A DNA stretch of 64,000 nt from Candidatus Omnitrophota bacterium (lineage in GTDB: Bacteria; Omnitrophota; Gorgyraeia; Duberdicusellales; 4484-171). This document shows, piece by piece, positions 38,410 to 48,700 of the stretch (position 1 is the first letter of the stretch; each line of letters opens with the position of its first letter). The notes beneath the pieces are model-generated. The model made no database searches. It saw nothing but the letters and a program-made list of their open reading frames with translations, and was not told the origin of the DNA. Position numbers and translations under genes: made by a program. The stretch covers positions 65,530 through 129,529 of the forward strand of contig JBAZGN010000003.1 of assembly GCA_041652815.1 (NCBI GenBank), given 5' to 3'.

Positions 38410-39481
38410 AAAAAGCACGATTTTTTTAAATCTTTTAAAATCTCTTAACCCAAAAAAGATTGAATCTATTATAAGCTTCCTTTCTGATACCGAAGACATA
38501 TTTAACCTCTCACAAAGTGCCATTTCGGAAATACCTTTACTCGAAAAAAAAGATATTGATGCCATTATAAACGAAAGGCGCAGCCGGGCGCTCGATGATG
38601 AATTAGAACGTATAGGGAAGGAGAGAATAAACGTTGTCGATGTCTTTGACGAAGATTATCCAAAGCTACTAAAAGAGATAGCGCATCCGCCGCTTGTCCT
38701 TTACGTAAAAGGCAACGTAAAGATACTGAATGAATATATCTTTGCCATAGTCGGCAGCCGGATACCCACTGTATACGGCCTTTTAAGTGCAAAAGAATTC
38801 GCGGCTAAATTGGCGTCTCTTGGGATAACAATAATCTCCGGGCTCGCCCGGGGGATAGATACAGCAGCACACAAAGGTGCGTTAGAAAGAGGAAAAACAA
38901 TTGCTGTTTTAGGTAGCGGCCTGATGAATATCTATCCAAAGGAAAACACCGCTCTGGCAGAAACTATTATAAAAAATGGGGCACTTGTTTCCGAATTTCC
39001 GCTAGATGAAAGCCCCTATAAGGAAAATTTTCCGCGGCGCAATCGCATAGTGAGCGGACTTTCGCACGGTGTACTCGTAGTTGAGGCGGCAGAGAAAAGC
39101 GGAGCGCTTATTACCGCGCATTGTGCTCTGGAACAAAACCGGGAAGTATTTGCTCTGCCTGGCAAAATAGATTCACCCGTAAGCCGCGGCGCGCATGTTC
39201 TGATTAAGGAAGGAGCGAAACTTGTGGATTCTATCAGCGATATATTGGAAGAATTGAATATTAAAGTTGAAAACACCGAAACCCGCGAAAATACAATAAA
39301 ACTTAAAAGTGATGAAACAATTGTTTTTGATATAATCGGTAGCGACGGTGCGCACCTTGAAGAAATAATATTAAAAAGCAAAATGGCGCAATCATCCATT
39401 AATAGGATAATATTAGATTTGCAGTTAAACGGTGTAATTTCCGAAATCAAACCATCTTACTTCGCAAGGACAAAACTATGA
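38402..39481 (+). CDS. dprA: DNA-processing protein A (Smf)
   Basis: 359 aa with the Rossmann-like DprA core stretches SGLARGIDTAAHKGAL and ITAHCALEQNREVFALPG. Confidence 0.85.
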   Translation: MAKKSTIFLNLLKSLNPKKIESIISFLSDTEDIFNLSQSAISEIPLLEKKDIDAIINERRSRALDDELERIGKERINVVDVFDEDYPKLLKEIAHPPLVLYVKGNVKILNEYIFAIVGSRIPTVYGLLSAKEFAAKLASLGITIISGLARGIDTAAHKGALERGKTIAVLGSGLMNIYPKENTALAETIIKNGALVSEFPLDESPYKENFPRRNRIVSGLSHGVLVVEAAEKSGALITAHCALEQNREVFALPGKIDSPVSRGAHVLIKEGAKLVDSISDILEELNIKVENTETRENTIKLKSDETIVFDIIGSDGAHLEEIILKSKMAQSSINRIILDLQLNGVISEIKPSYFARTKL

Positions 39482-41484
39482 CTAAATACCTGGTAATAGT
39501 TGAATCTCCGACCAAAGCTAAAACAATTCATGCTATTTTAGGAGCTGACTATGAAGTTACCTCATCCATGGGCCATGTCGTAGATTTGCCTCCAAAAAGG
39601 ATTTCCGTAGATATCGAAAATAATTTCCTTCCGCATTATAAAGTCATGCCCGGCAAGGAAAAAATAATAAAACAACTCAAAAAAAGCGCCAAAGGAAAGG
39701 AAATAATATACATTGCAACTGACCCTGACAGAGAAGGAGAAGCCATAGGCTGGCACATACAAGAAAAATTAGCAAAAGAAGCTGCTAAATTTTGCAGAAT
39801 AACATTCCATGAAATTACAAAAGAGGCGCTAAAAGAAGCTTTTGCAAACCCTTCAACTCTTGACCTGAATAAAGTTAATTCTCAAATTGCAAGGCGTGTC
39901 TTAGATAGAGTGGTTGGTTACAACCTTTCGCCGCTTTTATGGAAAAAAATAGTAAGGGGATTATCTGCCGGAAGAGTGCAATCTGTTGCTTTGAAATTTA
40001 TTGTTGACCGGGAAAAAGAGGTAAAAGCCTTCATTCCTAAAACCACCTACTCTGTTTCCGCAACCTTTAAGGTGGGTAATGAAACATTCTCTGCGAAACT
40101 TGAAAAATATAAAACCAACAAAGCAATATTCGAAACAAAAGAAGCTGCGCTTAAATGTATAGAAGAAATAAAAAATGAGCACTTTGCGGTAAAAGAAGTA
40201 ATAAAGAAACAGTCAAAACGCAATCCGCCGTCGCCGTTTACAACTTCCCTGTTGCAGCAGGATGCCTTTAATAAACTGCGCTTTTCTTCGCAGAGAACAA
40301 TGATTGTTGCGCAAAAATTGTACGAAGGCATTCAGGTAAAAGATGTTATGGTCGGACTTATCACCTATATGCGTACTGATTCGTTTGCGGTAAGCGACCG
40401 CGCCAAAGAAGAAGCGAAAGAATTTATAGTAAAAAAATTCGGGCAGGATTATGCAGCAAAGAAGGAATATAAATATAAAACTAAAAAATTAGCCCAGCTG
40501 GCACACGAAGCTATAAGGCCAACCAGCATACAGAGGATAACGCGGGATGTTGCACCATACGTTTCTGAAGAAGAGACAAAACTTTACGATTTGATATGGA
40601 AAAGGTTTACCGCATCCCGAATGAGTGAAGCAATATCTGAAAGCACAAAAGCAATAATTGCTTCAAACTTCGCTGAATTTATCGCTGAAGGTCGAAAAAT
40701 AGTTTTTGAAGGATACCTTAAAGTATTTGGGGTAGACGATGAAATTGAATTGCCTCAGTTACATGCCAAACAGAATTTAATATTGGAAAAATGCGAGATT
40801 TGCGAGCATACGACAAAACCACCCGCAAGGTTTAATGACGCTTCCTTGGTAAAATTACTGGAAGAAAAAGGAATAGGCAGGCCTTCCACTTATGCACCGA
40901 TAATTTATACTCTTCTTAAAAGAAATTATATAAAAAGGGAACGAAATGCCCTTCAGCCCACGGACTTAGGCATAAAAGTGAGTGAGATGCTTGGAAAATA
41001 TTTTTCCGAAATAATAAATGAAGACTTTACCGCACTCATGGAAGAAGAGCTTGATAGAGTTGAAGAAGGAAAAATGGAATGGCAAAGAATATTGAAAGAT
41101 TTTTACCCTTCCTTCAAAGAAAAAATAGACAAGGCAAGCCGTTTAATTACCAAAGAAGTTGAATTTTCTGAAAAGATTTGTCCGAAGTGCCACAGCCCGC
41201 TGGTTATAAAATGGTCAAGGCGCGGAAGATTTTTAAGTTGTTCAAAATTTCCAGAATGTCGTTACGCGGAAAGTATTACCACCGAGATAATATGCCCGCT
41301 TTGTAAGGAAGGAAAACTCATCGAACGCAGGAATAAACGCGGACAGAATTTTTATGGCTGCTCGAAATTTCCAAACTGCCGCTATACATCCAGGCAACTA
41401 CCGCAGGCTGAAAGCCCAAACGTAGGCACAGGACAAAACGAAGACAACAATGAAACTACTAGCCTTTCCGATATAGTTGAATAA
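39478..41484 (+). CDS. topA: DNA topoisomerase I
   Basis: 668 aa with an N-terminal Toprim (LVIVESPTKAKTI), the active-site region (TYMRTDS) and C-terminal C4 zinc ribbons (CPKC...C..C, CPLC...C..C). Confidence 0.95.
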   Translation: MTKYLVIVESPTKAKTIHAILGADYEVTSSMGHVVDLPPKRISVDIENNFLPHYKVMPGKEKIIKQLKKSAKGKEIIYIATDPDREGEAIGWHIQEKLAKEAAKFCRITFHEITKEALKEAFANPSTLDLNKVNSQIARRVLDRVVGYNLSPLLWKKIVRGLSAGRVQSVALKFIVDREKEVKAFIPKTTYSVSATFKVGNETFSAKLEKYKTNKAIFETKEAALKCIEEIKNEHFAVKEVIKKQSKRNPPSPFTTSLLQQDAFNKLRFSSQRTMIVAQKLYEGIQVKDVMVGLITYMRTDSFAVSDRAKEEAKEFIVKKFGQDYAAKKEYKYKTKKLAQLAHEAIRPTSIQRITRDVAPYVSEEETKLYDLIWKRFTASRMSEAISESTKAIIASNFAEFIAEGRKIVFEGYLKVFGVDDEIELPQLHAKQNLILEKCEICEHTTKPPARFNDASLVKLLEEKGIGRPSTYAPIIYTLLKRNYIKRERNALQPTDLGIKVSEMLGKYFSEIINEDFTALMEEELDRVEEGKMEWQRILKDFYPSFKEKIDKASRLITKEVEFSEKICPKCHSPLVIKWSRRGRFLSCSKFPECRYAESITTEIICPLCKEGKLIERRNKRGQNFYGCSKFPNCRYTSRQLPQAESPNVGTGQNEDNNETTSLSDIVE

Positions 41485-41485
41485 A

Positions 41486-41513
41486 TCCCGTTAGAAAGAA
41501 ACATCTAACGGGA
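41486..41513 (+). terminator. Hairpin downstream of topA (TCCCGTTAG-aaagaaacat-CTAACGGGA)
   Basis: 9-bp perfect stem immediately after the topA stop codon, without a T-tract. Confidence 0.35.
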
Positions 41514-41602
41514 TCCACGCAAAATATCAAGGCATTGTTCGTAAGATAGGCAATAATCCTGCGGTAAACCGCAGAACATTTTCTAACGGGATAAAAAACT
41601 AG

Positions 41603-42481
41603 ATGGTTCCTTTTTCTTATTATATAGATAAATTCCTGAATTACCTGACAATAGAAAAAAACTATTCCAACCATACCGTTACGAATTATCGCATTGACCT
41701 TAAGGAATTCGAACGTTTTCTTATAAACCACGCCCCTAAGGATATAAAAGAAATCGATTATTTTATTTTACGTAAGTTCTTATCGCTGCTTTCCGAAAGA
41801 AATCTGAATAAACGTACAGTTTCGCGAAAAATATCCACGTTAAAAAGTTTTTTTAAATTTATGGTCAGGGAAGCAGAAATAAAAAGCAACCCGGCGAATT
41901 CGCTTATTTACCCCCGCCTGGATAAAAATCTGCCGGTATTCCTGACGGAGGAGCAGGTTGTAAAAATAATAAACCTGCCAAAGGAAAATTCCATACTTAG
42001 TTTACGGGATAAATCAATCCTGGAAGCTCTTTATTCTACCGGCGCAAGAGTCTCTGAATTAGTTAAGCTTAAAATAAACGACGTTGACTTAATAAGCGGG
42101 ATAATCAAAGTAATGGGCAAAGGCCGGAAAGAAAGGCTTCTTCCGTTAGGGGAACCCGCCCTGTTAAGCATCAAAAATTATCTGGATAAACGTAGCGACA
42201 AAAACCCCTCGCTATTTTTGAATAGAAATAACGGCTCATTAACCGACAGAGGAATACGGTTAATCGTAGATAAATATATACGCCAGGCAGCAACGAATTT
42301 AAAGGTTTCACCGCATACCTTCCGGCATTCATTCGCAACGCACCTTTTAAGCCGGGGGGCGGATTTACGAAGCGTTCAGGAATTACTGGGGCACTCCAGT
42401 ATAGCCACCACGCAGATTTATACTCATTTAACTATCGACACCCTAAAAAAGGTTTACGACAAGGCCCACCCAAGAGCATAG
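41603..42481 (+). CDS. xerC: Tyrosine site-specific recombinase XerC/XerD
   Basis: 292 aa with an N-terminal SAM-like domain and a C-terminal catalytic domain (R...HxxR...Y; HTFRHSFATHLL, LGHSSIATTQIYTH). It sits in the conserved dprA-topA-xer context. Confidence 0.85.
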   Translation: MVPFSYYIDKFLNYLTIEKNYSNHTVTNYRIDLKEFERFLINHAPKDIKEIDYFILRKFLSLLSERNLNKRTVSRKISTLKSFFKFMVREAEIKSNPANSLIYPRLDKNLPVFLTEEQVVKIINLPKENSILSLRDKSILEALYSTGARVSELVKLKINDVDLISGIIKVMGKGRKERLLPLGEPALLSIKNYLDKRSDKNPSLFLNRNNGSLTDRGIRLIVDKYIRQAATNLKVSPHTFRHSFATHLLSRGADLRSVQELLGHSSIATTQIYTHLTIDTLKKVYDKAHPRA

Positions 42482-42485
42482 AATC

Positions 42486-43766
42486 ATGGAATATTTATTT
42501 TTTCTAATTTATGACATAGTGTTTATCTTGGGATTAAGCATTTACCTGCCTTTTTATATCCGAAGGAAAAAAATTAACCTATCCGCCCTTAAGCAAAAAA
42601 TTGGGCTTATCGAAAAAACCGGGTTAGGGCGGCATAATACCATCTGGATTCATGTTGTAAGCGTTGGCGAATTAAATTTAATAGAAAAATTAACAAGAAG
42701 AATACATGAACTTTTCAATTACGAAATAATAATCACAACTACGACTCTTAGCGCTAATTCGCTGGCCAGGAAAAAATACGCCAAACTTGCTAAAATATTT
42801 TTCTTTCCTTTCGATATATCTTTTATTATAAACAAAACAATCAAAGCATTCCGGCCTAAAATATTTATCGCAGCAGAGACAGAACTGTGGCCAAACCTTT
42901 TTTACCGGCTTAAAAAGAAAAATATTCCTATTGTAATAGTAAATGCAAGGATATCCGATAGGGCATTCAAACGTTATAAAATAATACGGCCGTTTATGCG
43001 TAAGGTACTAAAAAAATGCAGCTATATCGGAGTACAAAACGAATCATACAAGAATAGATTTGTCTATCTAGGCGCTAATATAAACACAACACTAATAAGT
43101 GGAAATATGAAATTCGAAAGCCTGGATATAAACGAAAATCAGCTGGATTCCTTACGGAAAAAATATCTAAATTTACTAAAGCAGGAAAATTCATGCCTGA
43201 TTGTAGCCGGCAGCACACACAATCCTGAAGAAGAAAGCTTGCTCGCCGTATACAAGGAAATAAACGCTTTGAGGAAAAACATTTCTTTGCTTATTGCGCC
43301 AAGACATCCAGAAAGAATACCGGTAATAGAAAAAATCGTCAAAGCTTACGGTTTTAATCCCGTAAAAATAAGCGACATCGACAGAATAAGCCAGCAAAGC
43401 AATAATGTTTTTCTGCTCGATACCATTGGTGAATTGCTGTATTTCTATAGTTTTTCGGATATTTCTTTTGTTGGAGGAAGCCTGTCAAATTATGGCGGAC
43501 ACAATATACTTGAGCCGATATTTTTCCTAAAACCTACAATATTCGGGCCAAACATGGCAAATTTCCAAGACATAAAAGAAATAATACTCAAAAACAAAGC
43601 AGGAATACAGATAGAAAATTGCGCCGGGCTGAAAGAAAAACTACTTGAATTGATAGATAACAACTCCCTGCGAAAAGAGCTTTCACTGCATTGCGCCCAG
43701 GTTTTTGAAGAAGAACGTAAAAGCTTGGATGAAAATTTAAAAATAATATTACAATGCGTAAACTGA
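42486..43766 (+). CDS. waaA: 3-deoxy-D-manno-octulosonic acid (Kdo) transferase
   Basis: 426 aa with the N-terminal TM helix and the IWIHVVSVGE motif characteristic of KdtA/WaaA (GT30). Confidence 0.8.
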   Translation: MEYLFFLIYDIVFILGLSIYLPFYIRRKKINLSALKQKIGLIEKTGLGRHNTIWIHVVSVGELNLIEKLTRRIHELFNYEIIITTTTLSANSLARKKYAKLAKIFFFPFDISFIINKTIKAFRPKIFIAAETELWPNLFYRLKKKNIPIVIVNARISDRAFKRYKIIRPFMRKVLKKCSYIGVQNESYKNRFVYLGANINTTLISGNMKFESLDINENQLDSLRKKYLNLLKQENSCLIVAGSTHNPEEESLLAVYKEINALRKNISLLIAPRHPERIPVIEKIVKAYGFNPVKISDIDRISQQSNNVFLLDTIGELLYFYSFSDISFVGGSLSNYGGHNILEPIFFLKPTIFGPNMANFQDIKEIILKNKAGIQIENCAGLKEKLLELIDNNSLRKELSLHCAQVFEEERKSLDENLKIILQCVN

Positions 43767-44761
43767 AAGAGTGGTATGTAAATTTTCTCGAAAAAGAAAA
43801 GAAAAGCATAATTGAGAAAATCATTAATTTTTTTCTTTTCCTGCTTTCGTTAGTTTATGGTGCTGTTATAGCATGTCGAAACTTTCTTTATAACAAGGGT
43901 ATATTTCAAACATATAAATGCCCGAAAAAATTGATAAGTATAGGTAATCTTTCCTGGGGCGGAAGCGGCAAAACCACACTTTCATTTTTTCTTTATGAAA
44001 AATTTATATCTAATTATAAAGTTGCAGTTTTACGCCGAGGCTATGGCTCTGACGAAGGAAAAATGTTTGAAGAGAAAAATATGCAGGTTTTTTCTTCGCC
44101 GAACAGAGTCAAGCTCGCAAAGGGGCTTTCGGATAAATTCGATTTGTTTATCCTGGATGATGGATTCCAGTATCGTAAATTATACCGCGACATAAATATT
44201 CTGGTTATGGCGGCACGTGAACTAAAAACGAAAACGCGGCTGTTGCCTTTAGGTTTTTTCAGGGAACCATTCAAAGCCTTGCGGCGTGCCGATATTCTAA
44301 TAATCAACCATAGAAACGAGCTTAAGCCAATTGATAGACTAATAAATAAACTGCAATCAGATTTTAAGCATTTATCTATATACACAGCAGAATATAAGTT
44401 TAAAAGAATTATAGATACAAAAAATAAAGAAATAGATTTAGGGCTCATAAAAGAAAGGAAAGTCGCCGCAGTTACAGGGATAGGTTACCCTCAGGGATTT
44501 TTTAATAAACTAGAGCAGATAGGCATTAAAATTGATAAAAAAATAACGTATCCTGACCATTACGATTTAACCATCGATGAGTTTAACTCTTTGCAGGAAA
44601 ATCTCATTAAGGATGGCATACGAGATGCCCTCATAACTGGAAAGGACAAATACCATCTGCCAAACGTGGATATAAAGATAAATTTTTATATTTTGGAAAT
44701 AGAAATGGAAATAATCGAAGAACAAAGATTTTTGAATGATTTAAAAAGCCGGCTGCAATAA
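43754..44761 (+). CDS. lpxK: Tetraacyldisaccharide 4'-kinase
   Basis: 335 aa with a P-loop SIGNLSWGGSGKT and the downstream DDGFQ motif of LpxK. Confidence 0.8.
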   Translation: MRKLKEWYVNFLEKEKKSIIEKIINFFLFLLSLVYGAVIACRNFLYNKGIFQTYKCPKKLISIGNLSWGGSGKTTLSFFLYEKFISNYKVAVLRRGYGSDEGKMFEEKNMQVFSSPNRVKLAKGLSDKFDLFILDDGFQYRKLYRDINILVMAARELKTKTRLLPLGFFREPFKALRRADILIINHRNELKPIDRLINKLQSDFKHLSIYTAEYKFKRIIDTKNKEIDLGLIKERKVAAVTGIGYPQGFFNKLEQIGIKIDKKITYPDHYDLTIDEFNSLQENLIKDGIRDALITGKDKYHLPNVDIKINFYILEIEMEIIEEQRFLNDLKSRLQ

Positions 44762-44762
44762 G

Positions 44763-46568
44763 ATGTATTATTTAGCCAAACTCATACAAAAAACTCTGGA
44801 AAAATTGCCATTAGGCGTATGTTTATTATTGGGGCAATTAATAGGTTTTATTTTATCTTTAAACAGGAAAAAGTGGGAAATCTCTTTTAAAAACATAAAA
44901 TCAATATTTCCGCAGAAATCAAATCGTGAAATTAAAGCTATAATTAGACGCTCCTTCCGTAATTTCGGATTAGGCCTTATCGAAAGCTTAATCGCCGCAA
45001 AGCTATACCGCCGTATTGAGCTTCGAGGAAAAGAAAACATAGAGAGCGGCGGTGGGGTTTTAGTTGCAATACATGAAGGCAGCTGGGAACTCTATAATTT
45101 CTTTATTGCAAAGCAGTTAAAATACAAGATGTTTGCAAAAGAACAAAAACAAAAAAATTTCGATAAATTCCTAAGCGAATTAAGAAAAAAATATTCACTC
45201 GGGGTCTGCTTCACGCTAAAAAAAGCTATTCAGGCTCTTTATGATGGCTTTCTTATCGGCATGGTTATCGATCATGGCGCAGAAGATAATGCTTTGATTG
45301 TAGACTTTTTTTCGCACTCTGTGCCAACGCCAAAAGGCGCAGTATATCTCGCCAAAAAGCTTAACAAAAAAATATACCCGTGTTTTGGTTATAGAAAAAA
45401 AGGGTTTTCACATGTAATTGAAATAGGAAAACCAATAAATCCGGCTGAATTGGATGAATATGCACTTTTGACTAAACTCAATAAAATATACGAAAACTAC
45501 CTTAAGGAATATCCGTGGGAATATCTTTGGTTCTATAAAAGATTTAAACGGAAAAAGGATATGGACATATTAATACTTAGCGACGGTAAAGCCGGCCACC
45601 TAAAGCAATCCCAGGCATTTTTGTCTGTTTTAAAGGAAGAGCACCTTATGGTAAGGGGCCAGGTTATAGAAATCAAACCAACCGGAGGAGCCGTAAGGTT
45701 TATTTCTGAGGTTTGCGCTTTTTTTGCAGGAAAACATTGTCTTGGTTGCGGCAGCTGCCTTAATCGCATGACAGATAAAGAAGCATTTGAAAAAATAAAA
45801 AGAACATATGCCGATATTATAGTTTCTACCGGAAGCAGTGTAGCTTACTTAAACCGGATAATTGCATCAACATTAGGAGCAAAGTCAGTCGTAATCTTGC
45901 GCCCGAATACCCCCCTTAGGAAATTTGACCTAAGCATAATCCCTTCGCATGACCGCATAAGTGCCAACAATAGCGTTACGATTAAAGGCGCACTTTCTTA
46001 TCCGGAGGATGTTAACGAGAAAACAGAAAACTGCAAAAAGTTTTTCCATCTAGATTCAAACAAAAAGATTTCGTTTTTTGCCGGGGGATACCTGTCCGAC
46101 AAAAAGAAATATTTGGAAAATTTACAATTGTTCCTGAAAGAACTAAAGAAATTTTCATCTAAAAATAACTTTAAATTGCTTGCAAGCACATCCCGCAGAA
46201 CGCAGAAAGAAATAGAAGAATTGATAGAGAAAGAACTTTATGGCTTTAAGAATTGCGAAGCAATCGTAATCCCAAGTAAAGAAAATTACGATTTTGTATT
46301 CGAAGGATTTGTAAACCTTTCGGAAATAGTTTTTGTAAGCAGCGAAAGTATTTCCATGATTTCTGAAATATTAGCATTAAAAAAACCGTGTGTCTGCGTA
46401 CTTCTTGAACAATACGTGGATAAACATAAAGTTTTTCTGCAATCCTTAGAAAAAGATGTATTTTTTTCAGATAATCCATATAATATAGATGGCATTAAGC
46501 CAACGACTTCATCTATTTTTGATAACAATAAAGCTGTCATAAAAGAAGCGATTAGAAAGTTATTCTAA
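44763..46568 (+). CDS. Fusion protein: lipid A biosynthesis late acyltransferase (LpxL/HtrB family) N-terminal domain plus C-terminal ELM1/DUF1022-like putative GT-B glycosyltransferase domain
   Basis: 601 aa in total. The N-terminal ~290 aa has an LpxL-like TM helix and an HEGSWE motif (the HX4E-type acyltransferase motif). The C-terminal ~300 aa starts with the DILILSDGKAGHLKQSQAF signature. Confidence 0.55.
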   Translation: MYYLAKLIQKTLEKLPLGVCLLLGQLIGFILSLNRKKWEISFKNIKSIFPQKSNREIKAIIRRSFRNFGLGLIESLIAAKLYRRIELRGKENIESGGGVLVAIHEGSWELYNFFIAKQLKYKMFAKEQKQKNFDKFLSELRKKYSLGVCFTLKKAIQALYDGFLIGMVIDHGAEDNALIVDFFSHSVPTPKGAVYLAKKLNKKIYPCFGYRKKGFSHVIEIGKPINPAELDEYALLTKLNKIYENYLKEYPWEYLWFYKRFKRKKDMDILILSDGKAGHLKQSQAFLSVLKEEHLMVRGQVIEIKPTGGAVRFISEVCAFFAGKHCLGCGSCLNRMTDKEAFEKIKRTYADIIVSTGSSVAYLNRIIASTLGAKSVVILRPNTPLRKFDLSIIPSHDRISANNSVTIKGALSYPEDVNEKTENCKKFFHLDSNKKISFFAGGYLSDKKKYLENLQLFLKELKKFSSKNNFKLLASTSRRTQKEIEELIEKELYGFKNCEAIVIPSKENYDFVFEGFVNLSEIVFVSSESISMISEILALKKPCVCVLLEQYVDKHKVFLQSLEKDVFFSDNPYNIDGIKPTTSSIFDNNKAVIKEAIRKLF

Positions 46569-46593
46569 TCCGGATTCATCTAAAAGGAAAATT

Positions 46594-48687
46594 ATGCGCA
46601 TAATGCAAATTTTACCACGTATGGAAGTGGGCGGGGTTGAACGCGGAGTTCTAGACTTGGCTATTTATTTCAAAAAAACGCAAGCCGCCAGCGTTGATGC
46701 CAGCATAGAAAATATTGTCATAAGCGGCGGCGGAAGGCTGATAAAAGAGCTGGAAAAAGAAGATATTACGCATTATGAACTTCCCGTATATAAAAAATCA
46801 CTTTTTTCCCTATTTCTCATTCCTAAACTTAAAAAAATAATCGATAAAGAGAAAATAAACATTATTCATGCGCGTTCAAGAGTTCCCGGGTGGCTAAGCT
46901 TTTTCGCCTCCCGGGGAAAAAGCGCCTGCTTTGTCACAACAATTCACGGGATTTATAAAAACAAATCATCCAGCGAAGTCATGGGGTGGGGGAAATTCGT
47001 AATTTGCCCATCACGAGCTGTTGCGCGGCACATGAAAGAGAAATTCTTTGTACCGGAAGAAAAAATCGTTGTTATCAACCGCTGGGTTAATCTGAATAAA
47101 TTCAAATTTACCGAGAGCCACAAACGAAAACAAAGCAATACCGTTGTAAGCATAGGACGAATATCGCCTTCCAAAGGTTATGAATATCTGATAGAAGGTT
47201 TTAAGAAAGTCATACGCCAAAACCCTTATTTAAAACTTAAAATAGTAGGTTCCCCGGATAAAACAAAAATGGATTACTTCCAGCACTTAAAAACGTTAGT
47301 TAATCGTTTTTCCCTAAACCATAACGTGGAATTTTTGGGGTTTAGGCAAGACATCGAAAACGTACTTAGCGAAGCAAAGATAGCAGTGTCGTCATCCGTG
47401 ATAGATGAAGCTTTTCCAAGGAGCGTGCTGGAAGCTTCAGCCTGCGGCATACCGATAATTGCAACGCAAGTTGGAGGAGTATCCGAAATAATTGAAAACG
47501 AAGTAAACGGCATAATGGTTGAACCAAAAAATAGCGAAGCAATAGCCAGAGCCATATTGAAACTAGCGGATGATACAGCTTTAGCCGATATAATTGCTCA
47601 AAAAGGCAGGGAAAAAATCGAGAGAATGTATTCAATGGAAAAATCCCTTAAGGAAACAGCTCAAGTTTACAGCCAAGCTTTAAGCCTAAAACGTATTCTA
47701 GTAATTAAAACCTCTTCCCTTGGAGATATTATTCTTGCAATACCATCATTTAAAGCTCTTAAAGAAAATTTTCCGGAAGGCAAAATCAGTGTCCTGGTCC
47801 TTAAAAAGTATGCTGCTATTCTTTACGGTTGCCCTTATATCGATGAAATAATAACACTGGAAAATGACTATAAACGCCTGAAAAATATTTTAGCCATAAC
47901 AAAGGAATTACGCAGAAAATCTTTCGACTACATAATAGACCTGCAGAACAACCGTGCATCGCATCTGATTTCTTTTCTAACCTTTCCTCAATATTCTTTC
48001 GGCTATTTGCGTAAATGGGGAATATTACTTACAAAGCATATAAGATATGTACGTAATCTCGATCCGCTTTCTTCCCAGGAAAAGATCTTGGAACTTATCG
48101 GCGCCCGCATCAAAGAAAAAAAGTTGACCTTTTGGGATATAAAAACCGATATTTCGGAAAAATTTTTGGGAAACGAAGAAAACTTAATAGGAATAAATAT
48201 ATCTGCTTCAAAAAAATGGCTTACCAAAAACTGGCCGGTAAGCCATATAAAATCGCTTATTGAACTCATAAATAAAAATTTACCCTTGTACAAAGTCGTC
48301 CTATTGGGCGACCCTGACAGTAAAAGGATTACTACGGAGATAGAGTCAACCGCAGTAAGAGCGCCTGTTAATTTATGCGGCAAAACAAACCTACAGGACT
48401 TGCCGTCGGTAATTAAACGGTTAAAAGTTTTTATCACTCCTGATACAGCCACGCTTCATCTCGCGCAGGCCTTAGGCGTACCCACAATTGGCCTTTTTGG
48501 CCCGACAGACCCGCTCCGGCATACCGTAAAAAGCAAAAATCTTTATATAATCTGTAAAGAGCTGCTTTGTTCTTTTTGCTATAACCCGAAGTGCAAGCTT
48601 GACAAGATAAATTTGTGTATGGAAAAAATATCTGCACAGGAAGTGTTCTCGCAAATCAAAGAAATAACCACATTCGAAAAACCGTAA
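46594..48687 (+). CDS. Bifunctional glycosyltransferase fusion: GT4 (GT-B, retaining) N-terminal domain plus GT9 heptosyltransferase-like C-terminal domain
   Basis: 697 aa in total. Residues ~1-360 have the GT4 E-x7-E region (EAFPRSVLEASACGIPIIATQVGG). Residues ~365-697 start with ILVIKTSSLGDIILAIPSFKALKENFP, the GT9 N-terminal signature. Confidence 0.65.
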   Translation: MRIMQILPRMEVGGVERGVLDLAIYFKKTQAASVDASIENIVISGGGRLIKELEKEDITHYELPVYKKSLFSLFLIPKLKKIIDKEKINIIHARSRVPGWLSFFASRGKSACFVTTIHGIYKNKSSSEVMGWGKFVICPSRAVARHMKEKFFVPEEKIVVINRWVNLNKFKFTESHKRKQSNTVVSIGRISPSKGYEYLIEGFKKVIRQNPYLKLKIVGSPDKTKMDYFQHLKTLVNRFSLNHNVEFLGFRQDIENVLSEAKIAVSSSVIDEAFPRSVLEASACGIPIIATQVGGVSEIIENEVNGIMVEPKNSEAIARAILKLADDTALADIIAQKGREKIERMYSMEKSLKETAQVYSQALSLKRILVIKTSSLGDIILAIPSFKALKENFPEGKISVLVLKKYAAILYGCPYIDEIITLENDYKRLKNILAITKELRRKSFDYIIDLQNNRASHLISFLTFPQYSFGYLRKWGILLTKHIRYVRNLDPLSSQEKILELIGARIKEKKLTFWDIKTDISEKFLGNEENLIGINISASKKWLTKNWPVSHIKSLIELINKNLPLYKVVLLGDPDSKRITTEIESTAVRAPVNLCGKTNLQDLPSVIKRLKVFITPDTATLHLAQALGVPTIGLFGPTDPLRHTVKSKNLYIICKELLCSFCYNPKCKLDKINLCMEKISAQEVFSQIKEITTFEKP

Positions 48688-48700
48688 GCGTAGATAAAAG

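Noticed and set aside
41603-42481. Tyrosine recombinase, considered as a marker of an integrated mobile element
   Set aside because: It sits in the conserved housekeeping dprA-topA-xerC arrangement. There is no adjacent tRNA, no flanking direct repeats and no phage or IS genes. It is called chromosomal XerC/D.
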